A DNA stretch of 64,000 nt from Candidatus Latescibacterota bacterium. GTDB taxonomy: Bacteria; Latescibacterota; UBA2968; GCA-2709665. The translations under genes were made by a program, and so were the position numbers. This document shows positions 17,744 through 28,710 of this stretch, one piece after another. Numbering within the stretch: position 1 is the first letter of the stretch; each line of letters opens with the position of its first letter. The notes under the pieces are model-generated. The model did no database searches, was not told the origin of the DNA, and saw nothing but the letters and a program-made list of their open reading frames with translations. The stretch lies in the NCBI GenBank assembly GCA_965116875.1, contig OZ220733.1, positions 4,192,001 to 4,256,000 of the forward strand. Direction: 5' to 3'.

Positions 17744-19192
17744 ATGGACGGAGCAGCAAGGAGACAGCGTATGGCCAGGTATTTTGAGCCGCTGGAAGAC
17801 TTCGAAATCAGGAAGATGCCGGAGCGGAAGGCGTCCTTCTGGAAACTGGCCGGCCCCGGCGCGGTTCTGGTGGGGCTTTCCATCGGTGCGGGCGAGATCG
17901 TTATCTGGCCGCGTATCGTAGCGGAATACGGAGCCAGTATGGTGTGGGCGGCCTGCGTCGGCATCTTTCTACAGCTATGGATCAACTTCGAAGTGGGACG
18001 GTGGACGATTGCAACCGGTGAAACGGTATATACGGGGTACAGCCGGGTGTGGCGCGGGTTTGCTCCCGTGTTTATCCTGTTGACGATATTCAGCTGGATT
18101 GCGCCTGGGTGGGGGCGGGCATCCGGGCTGGCCTTGAAGGCGCTGCTGGCCGGGCCGCATGGCTGGGGTTCGGATACGTTCTGGACGATCATCACCTTCG
18201 CGGGCGTGGCGATGATTCTCTTCGGTCCGAAGTTGATATACCAGTCCGTCGAGCGGAGTATCGAATTGCTCGTTGTGGTGGTAACCGCAGGCCTGATCGC
18301 GGTCGCGTACGCCGTAGGCTCGGCGGAGACCTGGGCATCGCTGGGGAGCGGGATTGCCAATATCGGTTACATCGATCCGGGCATGAGTGTCAAGGCCATG
18401 TTCATCGCGCTTGTATTTGCCGGCGCCGGAGGTACGGCCAATCTCTTCTACACGTTCTACCTCCGCGACAAGCACGCCGGTATGGGCGCGCATCTGCCCC
18501 AGATGCGGAATCCGCTTCGAGGTCGGACCGAGGCGATGCCCTCTACGGGATTCCGGTTTGAGGAGACGGAAGAGAACATCGGTCGTTTCAGGAGCTGGTT
18601 CAATTACGTAAAGAAAGATCAGATGCTGTTTTTCTGGGCATTGAATTCCGTAACCATTCTGCTTTTCATCTTCGGTGCGCTTGCGGTGTTGCATCCCGCT
18701 GGAATCGTACCTGCCAGGGGCACGCTGATCTGGGACGAAGCGGCAGTCCTGGCAACGGTCTGGGGCGAGACGGGCAGGTATGTCTTTCTGATTGTGGGCC
18801 TGGCCACGCTGTTCAGTACGCAGCTTGCTCTGGTTGACGGGGTGTCGCGATCCATCGCCGATATCATCTACACCAACTTCAAAGCGGCGCGAAAACGGGA
18901 TCTGAGCTGGTGGTATCTTGTCGTTGCGGCTACATGGATTGTCGCCGGGTGCGGTATCACCTATGTGATGGAAGCCCGTGGTGTGAGTGAATTGGGATTC
19001 CTGTTCAACGCGGCGTATATCGGCGGGTTTGCGATGGCGCTGTATACCCCCCTGACGCTGTATATCAATCATCGTCATCTGCCTGCGCCCGCCCGCCCGG
19101 GATGGCTATGCACCGGAATGATGTCGGTTGCATCGGTCGTATATATCGCATTTGCCGTGGCGTGTGTGATCTGGGAGTTGGGGCGGGTGTGA
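17744..19192 (+). CDS. Nramp-like (YcsG/APC-fold) membrane transporter
   Basis: GPGAVLVGLSIGAGEIVIWP, Q..IN.EVGRWTIATGE and FAGAGGTANL motifs; about 11 TM segments; start may be ATG 17771. Confidence 0.75.
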   Translation: MDGAARRQRMARYFEPLEDFEIRKMPERKASFWKLAGPGAVLVGLSIGAGEIVIWPRIVAEYGASMVWAACVGIFLQLWINFEVGRWTIATGETVYTGYSRVWRGFAPVFILLTIFSWIAPGWGRASGLALKALLAGPHGWGSDTFWTIITFAGVAMILFGPKLIYQSVERSIELLVVVVTAGLIAVAYAVGSAETWASLGSGIANIGYIDPGMSVKAMFIALVFAGAGGTANLFYTFYLRDKHAGMGAHLPQMRNPLRGRTEAMPSTGFRFEETEENIGRFRSWFNYVKKDQMLFFWALNSVTILLFIFGALAVLHPAGIVPARGTLIWDEAAVLATVWGETGRYVFLIVGLATLFSTQLALVDGVSRSIADIIYTNFKAARKRDLSWWYLVVAATWIVAGCGITYVMEARGVSELGFLFNAAYIGGFAMALYTPLTLYINHRHLPAPARPGWLCTGMMSVASVVYIAFAVACVIWELGRV

Positions 19193-19216
19193 TTGACCTC
19201 GCTTGAGAAGGCTTAA

Positions 19217-20302
19217 ATGATGTCCTCTGACGGCAAGGTCTTCCGCGTGGCGCTGACCGCCGATTTTTACGATTCGGAGGGGACGTGCAAGTTCCAGGAT
19301 ATGGGCCTGGCGTTGTTTGACGGCCATGCCCATATTCGAACGTCGGTATTCGAGGCGCATCGCCCGGAGATCGCCTCTGAGCAGGTGGCGGACGTACAGG
19401 GCGTGGTCGTACTGACGCCCTCGGTGACTGCCGAGACCGTCTCGGCATCGGAGGACCTGCTGGCCATCGGGCGCTTTGGCGTGGGGTACGACTCGGTTGA
19501 CGTCGGCGCCTGTACTGCGGCCGACGTCGTCGTATTCATCACGGCCGGCGCCGTCGACCGTTCCGTTGCCGAGGCGACGGTGGGCTGGATGATTGCGCTG
19601 ACGCACCATATGCGCGTCAAAGACCGCCTGGTGCGTACCGGGACGTGGGATGCACGGACCCGATTCATGGGCAGCGAGTTGAGAGACCGTACGTTCGGGG
19701 CGGTGGGGCTGGGCGGAATCGCGCGGGAGACGGTCCGGCTGCTGGGTACGTTCGGGATGAATCCGCCCCTTGCATTCGACCCGTACGTCGATCCCGCGGA
19801 AGCCCGTAAGCTGGGCGTGGCCCTGGCGCCGCTTCAGGAGTTGATGGCGGCGTCGGATTTTGTTTCCATCCACTGTCCGCTGACCCCGGAAACGGAGGGA
19901 CTGATCGGCAGGCGCGAACTGTCCGCGATGAAACGGGGCGCCTATCTGATCAACACGGCCAGGGGCGGCATCGTGGATGAGGATGCACTGTTCGACGCCC
20001 TGGAAGCCGGCGCCATAGCCGGCGCGGCGCTGGATTGTTTCGAGTTGGAACCCGTCGTGGAACCGCAACGGTTCGGCAGGTTCGACAACGTTCTGCTTGC
20101 GCCGCATTCGGTGGCCTGGACGGATGAATTGTTCCGTGACATCGGACGGGCGGCCTGCGGAGGTATGCTGGACCTGTCGCTCGGGACGCGCCCACGGGGT
20201 GTGGTAAATCCGGGAGTATTCCAGCGCCGTGGATTTCAGGAGAAGTGGTCGCGGCTTCAATGCGGGCAAAGCGGCGGCGGGTCAGGCGACCGCACGGCTT
20301 GA
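19217..20302 (+). CDS. D-isomer-specific 2-hydroxyacid dehydrogenase
   Basis: RFGVGYDSVD, GLGGIA, HCPLTPET, INTARGGIVDE and LDCFELEP..PH motifs. Confidence 0.92.
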   Translation: MMSSDGKVFRVALTADFYDSEGTCKFQDMGLALFDGHAHIRTSVFEAHRPEIASEQVADVQGVVVLTPSVTAETVSASEDLLAIGRFGVGYDSVDVGACTAADVVVFITAGAVDRSVAEATVGWMIALTHHMRVKDRLVRTGTWDARTRFMGSELRDRTFGAVGLGGIARETVRLLGTFGMNPPLAFDPYVDPAEARKLGVALAPLQELMAASDFVSIHCPLTPETEGLIGRRELSAMKRGAYLINTARGGIVDEDALFDALEAGAIAGAALDCFELEPVVEPQRFGRFDNVLLAPHSVAWTDELFRDIGRAACGGMLDLSLGTRPRGVVNPGVFQRRGFQEKWSRLQCGQSGGGSGDRTA

Positions 20303-20349
20303 AGCGGGTCGATCAAGCCGAAAGCACAGACCGGAAAAGGGGGTGGCCA

Positions 20350-21825
20350 TTGGCTGACGTCATCAGGATTCATCCGGACAACAGGAAGGTCTTCGACTAC
20401 AGAGGCCGCCCTCTGGCGCTGATTTGTGCGACCGAGCATTATGGGGCGGTGATCAACCGGCCGTTTCGATTCGAACGGTATCTGAAGGATGCGGCCGAAC
20501 GGGGGCAGACGCTGACCCGATTGTTTACTCTGTTCAGAGAGTTGCAGACGCCGGTTAACCCATACTCGACCTGCAAGCCCGAATCGCCTGATTTTGTCGC
20601 GCCGTTCGAACGGACCGGGCCGGGAAACGCGCTGGACGGGCAGCCGCGGTACGATCTCTCGCGCCGGAACGCCGAGTATTTCGAACGGTTGCACGGATTT
20701 CTGTCCCTGGCGGAGTCGTACGGCATCATCGTGGAGGTGGTTCTCTTCAGCAACACCTACAAAGACGAGGTCTGGGCGCTCAATCCGCTGAATCCGGCCA
20801 ACAATATAACGATGGAACGCCCGGATCAGCCGGTACCCTGGCAGGAGTATATGACGTGCCGACGAAAGGACCTGCTGGCATGGCAGCGCGCGCACGTGCG
20901 TCGTATCGTGGAGGAAACCAACCGGTACGGAAACGTGATCTACGAGATCTGCAACGAGCCGTGTTATTTTCCCGATACCGGCGACCTGCCCGGATCGGAA
21001 GAGGTGAACGGCTGGCAGTCGCAGTTCATTGCGCAGATCCGCGAAATGGAGGACGCGATGCCGCACCGGCACCTGATCGCCGGTCAGGAAGCAATGACGA
21101 TCAGGCCGTTCGATCAGCCCTCCGACGGATCGTTCAAGGCAATGGATTTCGACGTTGTAAATATCCACCCGCTGCCAAATACGCTTTGCGACGGTCAGAG
21201 TTATGATCTCGGCGACTTCATGTCCAAGCAACTCAAACTGCGGCCGCTGCGTGACTTCACCCTCGCTACGTACGGACAACCCAAGCCGCTGAATCACGAC
21301 GAGGACAATATTGCAACCCAGTACAAGGAAGTTGAAGGATGGACGGTGCATCGCAAGCGGGCGTGGACCGCGCTGTTTTCCGGGGCCCATTACGACATGA
21401 TCGACTTTTCCATCCTGCCGTACCTCGAGACGGGAACGCCCGACTCGCGAAACGGGATTCGACGGTGGATGGGCAATCTGTCGGTTTTTATCCATTCGAT
21501 CGATCTTGTCCGGGCGCGCCCGGTCCTGCCGGGCTGGCTTAAAGAACGACCCGAGCATACACTGGAATCGGTGTACGCGGTAGCCGGCGAAGACTATTGC
21601 GTCTATCTTGCCGACGCCCGCGAACGGGAGGAGGCCGGGTGCGGCGATCCAATTGCGGGAAGGCTGTGCTTCGACTTGCCGCCGGGAGCGTTCGAAGTGT
21701 CCTGTTTTTCTCCATCAAACGGCGTTTATTCTCCTCGTATCCCTCTTGTCGGAGGTGAGTCTCGACAGGTGGTTTTGCACGCGTTTCGGCACGATGTTGT
21801 CGTACGCGTAACGAGAGTGGAATAA
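20350..21825 (+). CDS. GH5/cellulase-like TIM-barrel glycoside hydrolase
   Basis: YFERL..F...A..YGIIVEV, YEICNEP (acid/base motif) and a C-terminal beta domain; TTG start after AAAAGGGGG. Confidence 0.65.
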   Translation: MADVIRIHPDNRKVFDYRGRPLALICATEHYGAVINRPFRFERYLKDAAERGQTLTRLFTLFRELQTPVNPYSTCKPESPDFVAPFERTGPGNALDGQPRYDLSRRNAEYFERLHGFLSLAESYGIIVEVVLFSNTYKDEVWALNPLNPANNITMERPDQPVPWQEYMTCRRKDLLAWQRAHVRRIVEETNRYGNVIYEICNEPCYFPDTGDLPGSEEVNGWQSQFIAQIREMEDAMPHRHLIAGQEAMTIRPFDQPSDGSFKAMDFDVVNIHPLPNTLCDGQSYDLGDFMSKQLKLRPLRDFTLATYGQPKPLNHDEDNIATQYKEVEGWTVHRKRAWTALFSGAHYDMIDFSILPYLETGTPDSRNGIRRWMGNLSVFIHSIDLVRARPVLPGWLKERPEHTLESVYAVAGEDYCVYLADAREREEAGCGDPIAGRLCFDLPPGAFEVSCFSPSNGVYSPRIPLVGGESRQVVLHAFRHDVVVRVTRVE

Positions 21826-21828
21826 CCC

Positions 21829-22638
21829 ATGGGACGCATGGACGGACAGGTCGCCTGGGTAAGCGGCGGCGCATCCGGAATGGGGGAAGCCACGGCCGGG
21901 CTGTTCGCCGTCGAGGGCGCACGGGTGGCCGTCGTCGACGTGCAGGAAGAACGGGGTCGACAGGTGGTGCACCGCATCGAAGAACGGGGCGGGGTCGCGA
22001 TCTTTCTGAAGTGCGACGTGGCGCAGGAAGAACAGGTGCGGGGTTCGATCGAAGCGACCGTGGGGCGTTTCGGGAAGCTGCAGACCGTTGTCAATTGCGC
22101 GGGAATCGTACACGTAGGGGGTCTCCACGAATATTCCGGGAAGGATTGGGACCGGCTGATGGGGGTAAATCTCAAGTCGATTTTCTTTTCCCTCAAGTAC
22201 GCCATCTCTCACCTCAGGGAACATTCCAGAAGTTATATGGCGAACATCGGATCCGTGGGCAGCTATATCGGTCAGGCCGACACGCCCGCGTATACCGCGT
22301 CCAAGCACGCTGTGCTGGGATTGAGCCGTTCGATCGCGCTTGACTACGCCAGGGACGGACTGCGCTGCAACTGCATTTGCCCGGGTATCACGGACACACC
22401 CATGCTGAGGTACCATCTGAATACGACGCCGGACCCGGAGGCTACGCTGGCGCAGCGTCTGCGGCGCGTCCCGACCGGAGCAGTCATCCAACCCGAGGAC
22501 GTCGCACGGGCAGCGGTTTACTTCTGCTCAGAGGCGTCAGCGGGGGTTACCGGCACGTCACTCGTGATCGATGGCGGGTATATCGCCGCGGCCGAGTGGG
22601 AGACGTCGGGTCCGACACGTTTTGCGGAGGAACCGTGA
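21829..22638 (+). CDS. short-chain dehydrogenase/reductase
   Basis: SGGASGMG, NCAGI, YTASK and CPGITDT motifs. Confidence 0.93.
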   Translation: MGRMDGQVAWVSGGASGMGEATAGLFAVEGARVAVVDVQEERGRQVVHRIEERGGVAIFLKCDVAQEEQVRGSIEATVGRFGKLQTVVNCAGIVHVGGLHEYSGKDWDRLMGVNLKSIFFSLKYAISHLREHSRSYMANIGSVGSYIGQADTPAYTASKHAVLGLSRSIALDYARDGLRCNCICPGITDTPMLRYHLNTTPDPEATLAQRLRRVPTGAVIQPEDVARAAVYFCSEASAGVTGTSLVIDGGYIAAAEWETSGPTRFAEEP

Positions 22639-23471
22639 ACACAAGACTGGCATGCTCGGATTTTACCTTTCCCCTGCTTCCGCACGAAGACGCGCTTCAA
22701 CTGATCTCCATGCTGGGTTTTGAGGGCGTGGATATCGGACTCTTCGAAGAGAGGTCCCATCTGTGGCCGTCGCGTGAGTTTGAAGATGCGCCGCGCTCCG
22801 CCCGAATGCTGAAGAAAAAACTGGATGACGTTGGACTCGAGCCGGCCGACGTGTTTTTGCAGATGGCAATGGATTTCGTGCCGTATGCCATCAATCATCC
22901 GCAGCGCACCCGGCGTCGGAAAGCGCGGGACTGGTTTTTGAAGGCGCTGGAGTACGCCGCCGAGTGCGGGTGCGCGCACGTAACGGCGCTACCGGGGGTT
23001 CACTTCCGGGACGAGACGCGCGCCGACTCGTTCAGCCGCGCCGTCGAAGAATTGAACTGGCGTGTGGCGCGGGCGAAGGAATGCGGCATCGTATTCGGCG
23101 TTGAGGCGCACGTCGGTTCCCTGGTTCCGCGGCCGAAATCTGCCGAACGCCTTGTACAGGCTGTTCCCGGCCTGACGTTGACACTGGATTACACGCACTT
23201 CACGAAAATCGGCCTGCCGGATTCGGACGTGGAACCCCTGATGAAGTATGCCAGTCACTTCCACGCACGTGGTGCGCGGCGGGGGCGGTTGCAGACGTCT
23301 TTCGACCACAATGTCATCGACTACCGGCGGGTCGTTGAAGTGATGAGGGACAGTGGATATCGCGGATGGCTCGGCGTCGAATACATCTGGATCGACTGGG
23401 AGCATTGCAACGAATGCGACACCGTTTCGGAAACCGTGAGGTATCGGGATTTCTTCAGATCGATGGGATGA
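22635..23471 (+). CDS. sugar phosphate isomerase/epimerase (xylose isomerase-like TIM barrel)
   Basis: [22 protein letters not shown] and [10 protein letters not shown] motifs; GTG start overlaps the SDR stop. Confidence 0.85.
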   Translation: MNTRLACSDFTFPLLPHEDALQLISMLGFEGVDIGLFEERSHLWPSREFEDAPRSARMLKKKLDDVGLEPADVFLQMAMDFVPYAINHPQRTRRRKARDWFLKALEYAAECGCAHVTALPGVHFRDETRADSFSRAVEELNWRVARAKECGIVFGVEAHVGSLVPRPKSAERLVQAVPGLTLTLDYTHFTKIGLPDSDVEPLMKYASHFHARGARRGRLQTSFDHNVIDYRRVVEVMRDSGYRGWLGVEYIWIDWEHCNECDTVSETVRYRDFFRSMG

Positions 23472-23519
23472 AAATCGGGGCGGATTCACCGAGCCGAACG
23501 CGGGTCGAATCGGGCCCTG

Positions 23520-23548
23520 TTGACAAGCCCGGCAGTCACGAGTATATT
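23520..23548 (+). promoter_or_regulatory. sigma-70 promoter for ssb
   Basis: TTGACA-17-TATATT. Confidence 0.7.
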
Positions 23549-23626
23549 CGATTGAACACGATTTCGGTAAGGATCGTGCCATCGTCCATATCAGATTGGT
23601 TTTGTATTTTTAAAAGGAGACCGGTA

Positions 23627-24133
23627 ATGGCACGCGGTGGTGTAAACAAGGTGATTCTGATCGGCAACGTCGGAGCGGATCCGGAACTGCGATATACGGC
23701 CGGCGGGACCGCAGTCACGAATTTCAATATTGCCACGAATGAAAGCTGGACGGACAGTTCCGGCGAACGCCAGGAGCGAACGGAATGGCATCGCATTGTG
23801 GTGTGGGGCAGGCTGGCGGAGATCTGCAATCAGTATCTGCGGAAGGGAAGCAAGGTCTTCATCGAGGGACGCCTGCAGACCCGAAGCTGGGAAACACAGG
23901 ATGGGCAGAAGCGGTATACCACCGAGGTCGTCGCCCGAGATATGCAGATGCTGGACTCCCGGGGTGATTTCGATTCCGGGGGGGGTGCCTCGCAGGGTCC
24001 GGGTCAACCGAACGAAGGGACGCGTGACGCGCGATCGGGGCCCCCGGACAACGGAGCCGGCACGGATACGGGGTCCGGCGGATCGGGCTCGCCGTCCTTC
24101 GGCGGCGACGACGACGACGATCTCCCGTTCTGA
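23627..24133 (+). CDS. ssb: single-stranded DNA-binding protein
   Basis: [25 protein letters not shown] and the acidic tail DDDDDLPF; AAGGAG RBS. Confidence 0.97.
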   Translation: MARGGVNKVILIGNVGADPELRYTAGGTAVTNFNIATNESWTDSSGERQERTEWHRIVVWGRLAEICNQYLRKGSKVFIEGRLQTRSWETQDGQKRYTTEVVARDMQMLDSRGDFDSGGGASQGPGQPNEGTRDARSGPPDNGAGTDTGSGGSGSPSFGGDDDDDLPF

Positions 24134-24336
24134 TCGCGGAGGTGATCGCAAACGGGAGTCGATTGGATGGTTGGATATTTTCGGGACAGAACACCAGGGC
24201 CGCGGGGCTGCGAATTCTTTTTGCAGCCCCGTGTGCTATATGTACATTGAGGTGATCGGGCGGCCGGGATGAGGTGCGCACGCGGCCGCCGGGCGGATAC
24301 CCGCTGGTCTTGCGTGGATTTACATCTGGTACCGGC

Positions 24337-24987
24337 ATGTTGAGGTCAATAGCGTTTGTTTCCGGCGCGGCGCTCATGGCATTGGAAATCGTGGGCAGCC
24401 GGGTACTTGCGCCGTATTTCGGCAGTTCCGTTTTCGTGTGGGGCAGCCTGATTGCGGTGGTCCTGGCCGCACTGTGCCTTGGCGCGTACACGGGCGGCAG
24501 ACTGGCGGACCGCATGCCGACGGGACGGCCCCTTGCCGCATTGATGGGAATGGCCGGGCTGATGGCGCTTTTCATGCCTTGGGTAGCGGCGGCGGTCAAC
24601 AGGGCGGTTTTCATGATGAATCTGGGCCCCCGGGGCGGCCCTCTGCTGGCTTCGATCGCTCTGTTTACGATTCCGGGGGTGGCGTTGGGCGCCGTCACGC
24701 CCTTTGTTGTCCGGCTGCTGGCTGACCGCGTCGACAGGGTTGGGGGCGTTGCCGGGACAGTATCGGCATTGTCCGCCGCGGGCAGCATCGTGGGGACGCT
24801 GGGAACGGCGTTCTACCTGATACCCGCTATGGGCGTGAGGCATATTCTGCATCTGATCGGCGCGGTGCTTCTGGTCCTGTCGGCGATGGCGCTGTGGTGT
24901 GCGTACAACGCCACGGCGCCGGGCGGGGACGCGCAGCGCTACGGCATCCGGCGGACGGGACCGGGAAAGGATGAGAATCGTCACTGA
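24337..24987 (+). CDS. membrane domain of fused MFS/spermidine synthase family, encoded separately
   Basis: FVSGAALMALEIVGSRVLAPYFGSSVFVW, GGRLADR and GSIVGTLG..FYLIP motifs. Confidence 0.8.
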   Translation: MLRSIAFVSGAALMALEIVGSRVLAPYFGSSVFVWGSLIAVVLAALCLGAYTGGRLADRMPTGRPLAALMGMAGLMALFMPWVAAAVNRAVFMMNLGPRGGPLLASIALFTIPGVALGAVTPFVVRLLADRVDRVGGVAGTVSALSAAGSIVGTLGTAFYLIPAMGVRHILHLIGAVLLVLSAMALWCAYNATAPGGDAQRYGIRRTGPGKDENRH

Positions 24988-25057
24988 ATCGGGGTGACCG
25001 GCAGCGGCTCATCAGCGGGCGGGACACGCTGCCGGCGGCACTCCGTCAGGGCTTGCT

Positions 25058-25999
25058 TTGAAAGGGCTTGCTGTCAAGCGCTTTTCGTACAACTTTTCAA
25101 CGTCGATCCTCCTGTTTCTGGTTCTCGCGGCCTGCGAAGTCCGGCCGGAGATACCGAAGAACGAGAGACTGGTCTATGTCCACGACTCCCTGTACAATCA
25201 TATCGTGGTTTCCGAAGACGACGAAGCCCGTTACCTCCGGTTCGGGTACGGAGCAAAACAAAGCGCGTTGACCCTTGGAAATCCCGCTTCGCTGCGTGTG
25301 CCCTACACGGCGTACCTTACGCTGGGGATGGCCTTCACGGATCCGGAGCGCGCGCTGATGATCGGACTCGCCGGCGGGTCGGTGGCCCGGTTCATACGGT
25401 CCGCGCGCCCGGACGTCGCACTGGACGTGGTCGAACTCGACCCCGACGTGGTTCGTGTGGCAAACCGGTATTTCGGCGTCGAAGAGGACGGCGGTCTGAG
25501 GATTCACGTTGAAGACGGCCGGATGTTCGTTAAACGAACGACCGATCGTTACGACTGGGTTGTTCTGGATGCGTTTCATTCCGACTCCATGCCGCACCAT
25601 CTGGCAACGGCGGAATTCTTCGATGAAGTGAAGGGAGTACTCACGCCCCGCGGAGTCGTTACGGTAAACGTGGCGCCGCTCGGGCCCGGCGTTTTGTACC
25701 TGTCGATTATTCGCACATTGACGCGGGTGTTTCCACAGGTGTACCTGTTCCAGGTACCGGAGCGCAGCAATATTGTGGCCGTTGCCACACTGGATGAGTC
25801 CCGGCTCGAAGGCGACCGGATCGCACGGTCGATTCATGAGTTGAAGGCGAGGACGGGCGTCGCGCTGGAATTGCTGATCCCCGCGCCGCCTTATGGAAAC
25901 CAGAAGCCCCGGGTCCGCGGCGTTCCGGAGTTGACCGACGACTATGCGCCGGTGGACTGGCTGCGATTCTGGCAGACGCCCGAGGCGGGGATCAGATAG
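25058..25999 (+). CDS. spermidine-synthase-like SAM methyltransferase with lipoprotein signal
   Basis: LAA-C lipobox; SLYNHIVV, IGLAGGS, VELDPDVV, DGR.F, LDAF, HLAT.EF and LTDDYAPV motifs. Confidence 0.8.
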   Translation: MKGLAVKRFSYNFSTSILLFLVLAACEVRPEIPKNERLVYVHDSLYNHIVVSEDDEARYLRFGYGAKQSALTLGNPASLRVPYTAYLTLGMAFTDPERALMIGLAGGSVARFIRSARPDVALDVVELDPDVVRVANRYFGVEEDGGLRIHVEDGRMFVKRTTDRYDWVVLDAFHSDSMPHHLATAEFFDEVKGVLTPRGVVTVNVAPLGPGVLYLSIIRTLTRVFPQVYLFQVPERSNIVAVATLDESRLEGDRIARSIHELKARTGVALELLIPAPPYGNQKPRVRGVPELTDDYAPVDWLRFWQTPEAGIR

Positions 26000-26060
26000 A
26001 CCTGGTATCGGGCGCTAACGCGGCACGAGGTTCGATGCCTTAAATGTAAGGAGAGACTCG

Positions 26061-27716
26061 ATGGCGGAGATCTGGAAACCGGAACCGGAGTTGCTGGAGT
26101 CGCTGGATACCGCTGTACCGGGAATTCTGGCGTCCCAGAAGGAGAACGGGCAGTTTGGCACAGAGCCGTGGATCTGCGGAGACCAGAACGTCATCTTTTC
26201 TCTCGCCGCGGCGTGGCACCTGGAGGAGAGCCGGTACCACGGCAACGAAGAGGTCCTCGCCGCAATCGTACGCGGAGGGGACGCGCTGATCCACGCCCAG
26301 GATGAACAGGGGAAATGGACGTTTCTGAAAAAGGACTACTCGGAGTGGGGTCAGATCTATATGCCCTGGACCTACAGCCGCTGGATTCGCGCCTATCAAT
26401 TGGTCAGGGAAGCGATGTGCGGCCACGCGCGGGCCGCATGGGACGAGGCGCTGCTGTTGGGGTTCGACGGTATATCGAGGACCTGCCTGGCCCATGTACA
26501 TAACATCCCGGCGCATCACGCGATGGCCCTGTTCTGCGCGGGCACGGTGTTCGGACGCGACGACTGGCGTGCGCAGTCGCGAGCGTTCATGGCGAAGGTT
26601 GCGGAGGCGCAGTCGCCGCAGGGCTGGTGGCCGGAGCACAACGGACCTGTCGTGGCCTACAACTTCGTCTATTCGGATTCACTGGGGATTTACTACGGGA
26701 TGTCGGGCGATCCGGCGGTGCTGCCCGCGCTCGAACGCGCGGCCGCCTACCACGCGAGTCTGACCTATCCTGACGGCAGCACCGTTGAAACCGTGGATGG
26801 CCGCAACCCCTATCATGGCGGCATTCACGATGGCAATCCGGGGTTCAGCCATACGCCCGCGGGCAGAGGGTATCTGGCGCAGCAGCACCGGCTCCTGCTG
26901 GCGGAGGGTACAGGGTTCGCCGCGGATTACGCGGCCAGTCTGCTGCTGTATGGCGGCCACGGAGAGGCGGTTGAGACGGCCGCGGGAAAGGAACGGCACG
27001 TCTTTCGTATGGCGGACGAGGCGACCGCGGTCAGGAACGGTCCGTGGTTCATCTGTCTGTCGGCCTTCATTGTGGATTTCCCGCAGAATCGTTGGGGCCA
27101 GGATCGCCAGAACTTCGTCAGCGTGTTTCACGACAGGACGGGGCTGGTCGTGGGCGGCGGCAACACAAAGCTGCAGCCGCTCTGGAGCTGCTTCACGGTG
27201 GGGGACAAGACGCTTCTGTCGCACACGCCCGGGGACGAAGACCCGGACTTCGACGTCCCCGAGGGATTGATCCACGTGCCGGACGAGCTTTCGTACGACT
27301 CAGGCGAGGACGGCGGCCGGCTCCGGATGCGCTACGGTGAGGAGAACTGCAGCATAGACGCGAAGGTCGAGTCGGAAACCGAATTGACGCTCGCGTACAC
27401 CGCAACGGGGAATTCAGGTTTGCCGGTGGACGGACACGTGACGCTGATACCGCACCTGGACCGTGAGGTGCGTTTCGCGTCGGGAGAGACCGCAAGGCTG
27501 GGCGAATCGAAGGCGGAGTGGGCCGGCGAGGCCTGGTTGCAGCACGCCGGCTGGCGCCTGCACCTGCCGCCGGGAAGCCGCGTGGTCTGGCCGGCATTGC
27601 CACACAATCCCTATCGGAAAGCGGGTGACTCAACCATCGAGGAAGCGCGCCTGGTCGTGGTGCTGCCGTTCTCGGCCGAAGTGGAACGGCATGAGTTGAG
27701 ATTGGCGGTCGCATAG
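26061..27716 (+). CDS. hypothetical protein (alpha/alpha-toroid plus beta-sandwich, lyase/hydrolase-like)
   Basis: 551 aa ORF with AAGGAG RBS; HNIPAH, Q..QGWWPEH.GP..YN and YPDGS motifs. Confidence 0.7.
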   Translation: MAEIWKPEPELLESLDTAVPGILASQKENGQFGTEPWICGDQNVIFSLAAAWHLEESRYHGNEEVLAAIVRGGDALIHAQDEQGKWTFLKKDYSEWGQIYMPWTYSRWIRAYQLVREAMCGHARAAWDEALLLGFDGISRTCLAHVHNIPAHHAMALFCAGTVFGRDDWRAQSRAFMAKVAEAQSPQGWWPEHNGPVVAYNFVYSDSLGIYYGMSGDPAVLPALERAAAYHASLTYPDGSTVETVDGRNPYHGGIHDGNPGFSHTPAGRGYLAQQHRLLLAEGTGFAADYAASLLLYGGHGEAVETAAGKERHVFRMADEATAVRNGPWFICLSAFIVDFPQNRWGQDRQNFVSVFHDRTGLVVGGGNTKLQPLWSCFTVGDKTLLSHTPGDEDPDFDVPEGLIHVPDELSYDSGEDGGRLRMRYGEENCSIDAKVESETELTLAYTATGNSGLPVDGHVTLIPHLDREVRFASGETARLGESKAEWAGEAWLQHAGWRLHLPPGSRVVWPALPHNPYRKAGDSTIEEARLVVVLPFSAEVERHELRLAVA

Positions 27717-27751
27717 GTACCACCCGGGCCCGATTCGAGTGGGTACCGTGA

Positions 27752-28669
27752 ATGTTCCGCAGCGTTGAAGCCGAGTGGTTCAGGGTACGTGTCGACCTGC
27801 CGTGCCACGCATCGGAAACGGCGTCCGAATTGCTGTTTGGTCTGGGGAGCTGCGGGGTGCATGTGCACAGTGGTTCGGCTTCCGGCACGACAGGGCTCAC
27901 GGCGTACTTTCCGGTCGAGAGAGACAGCGGCCGCGTGGTATCCGGCTTTTGGAGCGGACTGAATGCGTTTACAGGTGATCTGAGAACCGTACGCGTGGAC
28001 GTGGCCGAGGTCCCACCGGAGGATTGGGCCTCGTCCTGGAAGTCCCGTTTCAGGCCCGTCTACCCGATTCCCGCCATTGCGGTCTGCCCGCCGTGGGAAC
28101 GCGTCGACGATCCTGAAGGCGGATTCAGTCTGGTCATTGAGCCCAGGACGGCCTTCGGAACCGGTCAGCATGAGACCACCCGGTTGGCCCTGAAGATGAT
28201 GCATGCCGTCGTAAAACCGGGCGACGTCGTGCTGGACGTGGGCACCGGATCGGGGATCCTGAGCTTCGCGGCCGCCAGGCTCGGCGCCGCGAGCGTGACG
28301 GGTATCGATTCCGATGTGCTGGCCATCGAGAATGCCCGGGCGAACATGCGCCTGAACGGGAACCCCGGCAACGTGGTCTTTCGCAGGGAAACGGCAGCGT
28401 GCGTAACCGGAGAATACGACGTCGTGGTCGCCAATATCGACGGAAGCACACTCGTCTCCATGCTGCCTGCGCTTGCGTCACGTGTGGCGGCGACGGGGAA
28501 CCTGATCCTTGGAGGCGTGCTGGTTCAGGAGCAGGCCACGCTCTTCGAGGCGGTCCGCGCAGCCGGACTCCGTGCGGCGGAGGTCGTCGAGCAGGACGGG
28601 TGGCTGGGTATTCGGGCCCGGTGGAGAATCAAGGCTGAGGACGGCGAAGCGAACGTGGCGACGGCTTGA
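27752..28669 (+). CDS. prmA: ribosomal protein L11 methyltransferase
   Basis: EDWASSWK..F, IEPRTAFGTGQHETT, LDVGTGSGIL and VVANI motifs. Confidence 0.9.
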   Translation: MFRSVEAEWFRVRVDLPCHASETASELLFGLGSCGVHVHSGSASGTTGLTAYFPVERDSGRVVSGFWSGLNAFTGDLRTVRVDVAEVPPEDWASSWKSRFRPVYPIPAIAVCPPWERVDDPEGGFSLVIEPRTAFGTGQHETTRLALKMMHAVVKPGDVVLDVGTGSGILSFAAARLGAASVTGIDSDVLAIENARANMRLNGNPGNVVFRRETAACVTGEYDVVVANIDGSTLVSMLPALASRVAATGNLILGGVLVQEQATLFEAVRAAGLRAAEVVEQDGWLGIRARWRIKAEDGEANVATA

Positions 28670-28710
28670 AATCCGCCCCGCGACTCGCGTGTGGGGGTGG
28701 GACGGAGGGT

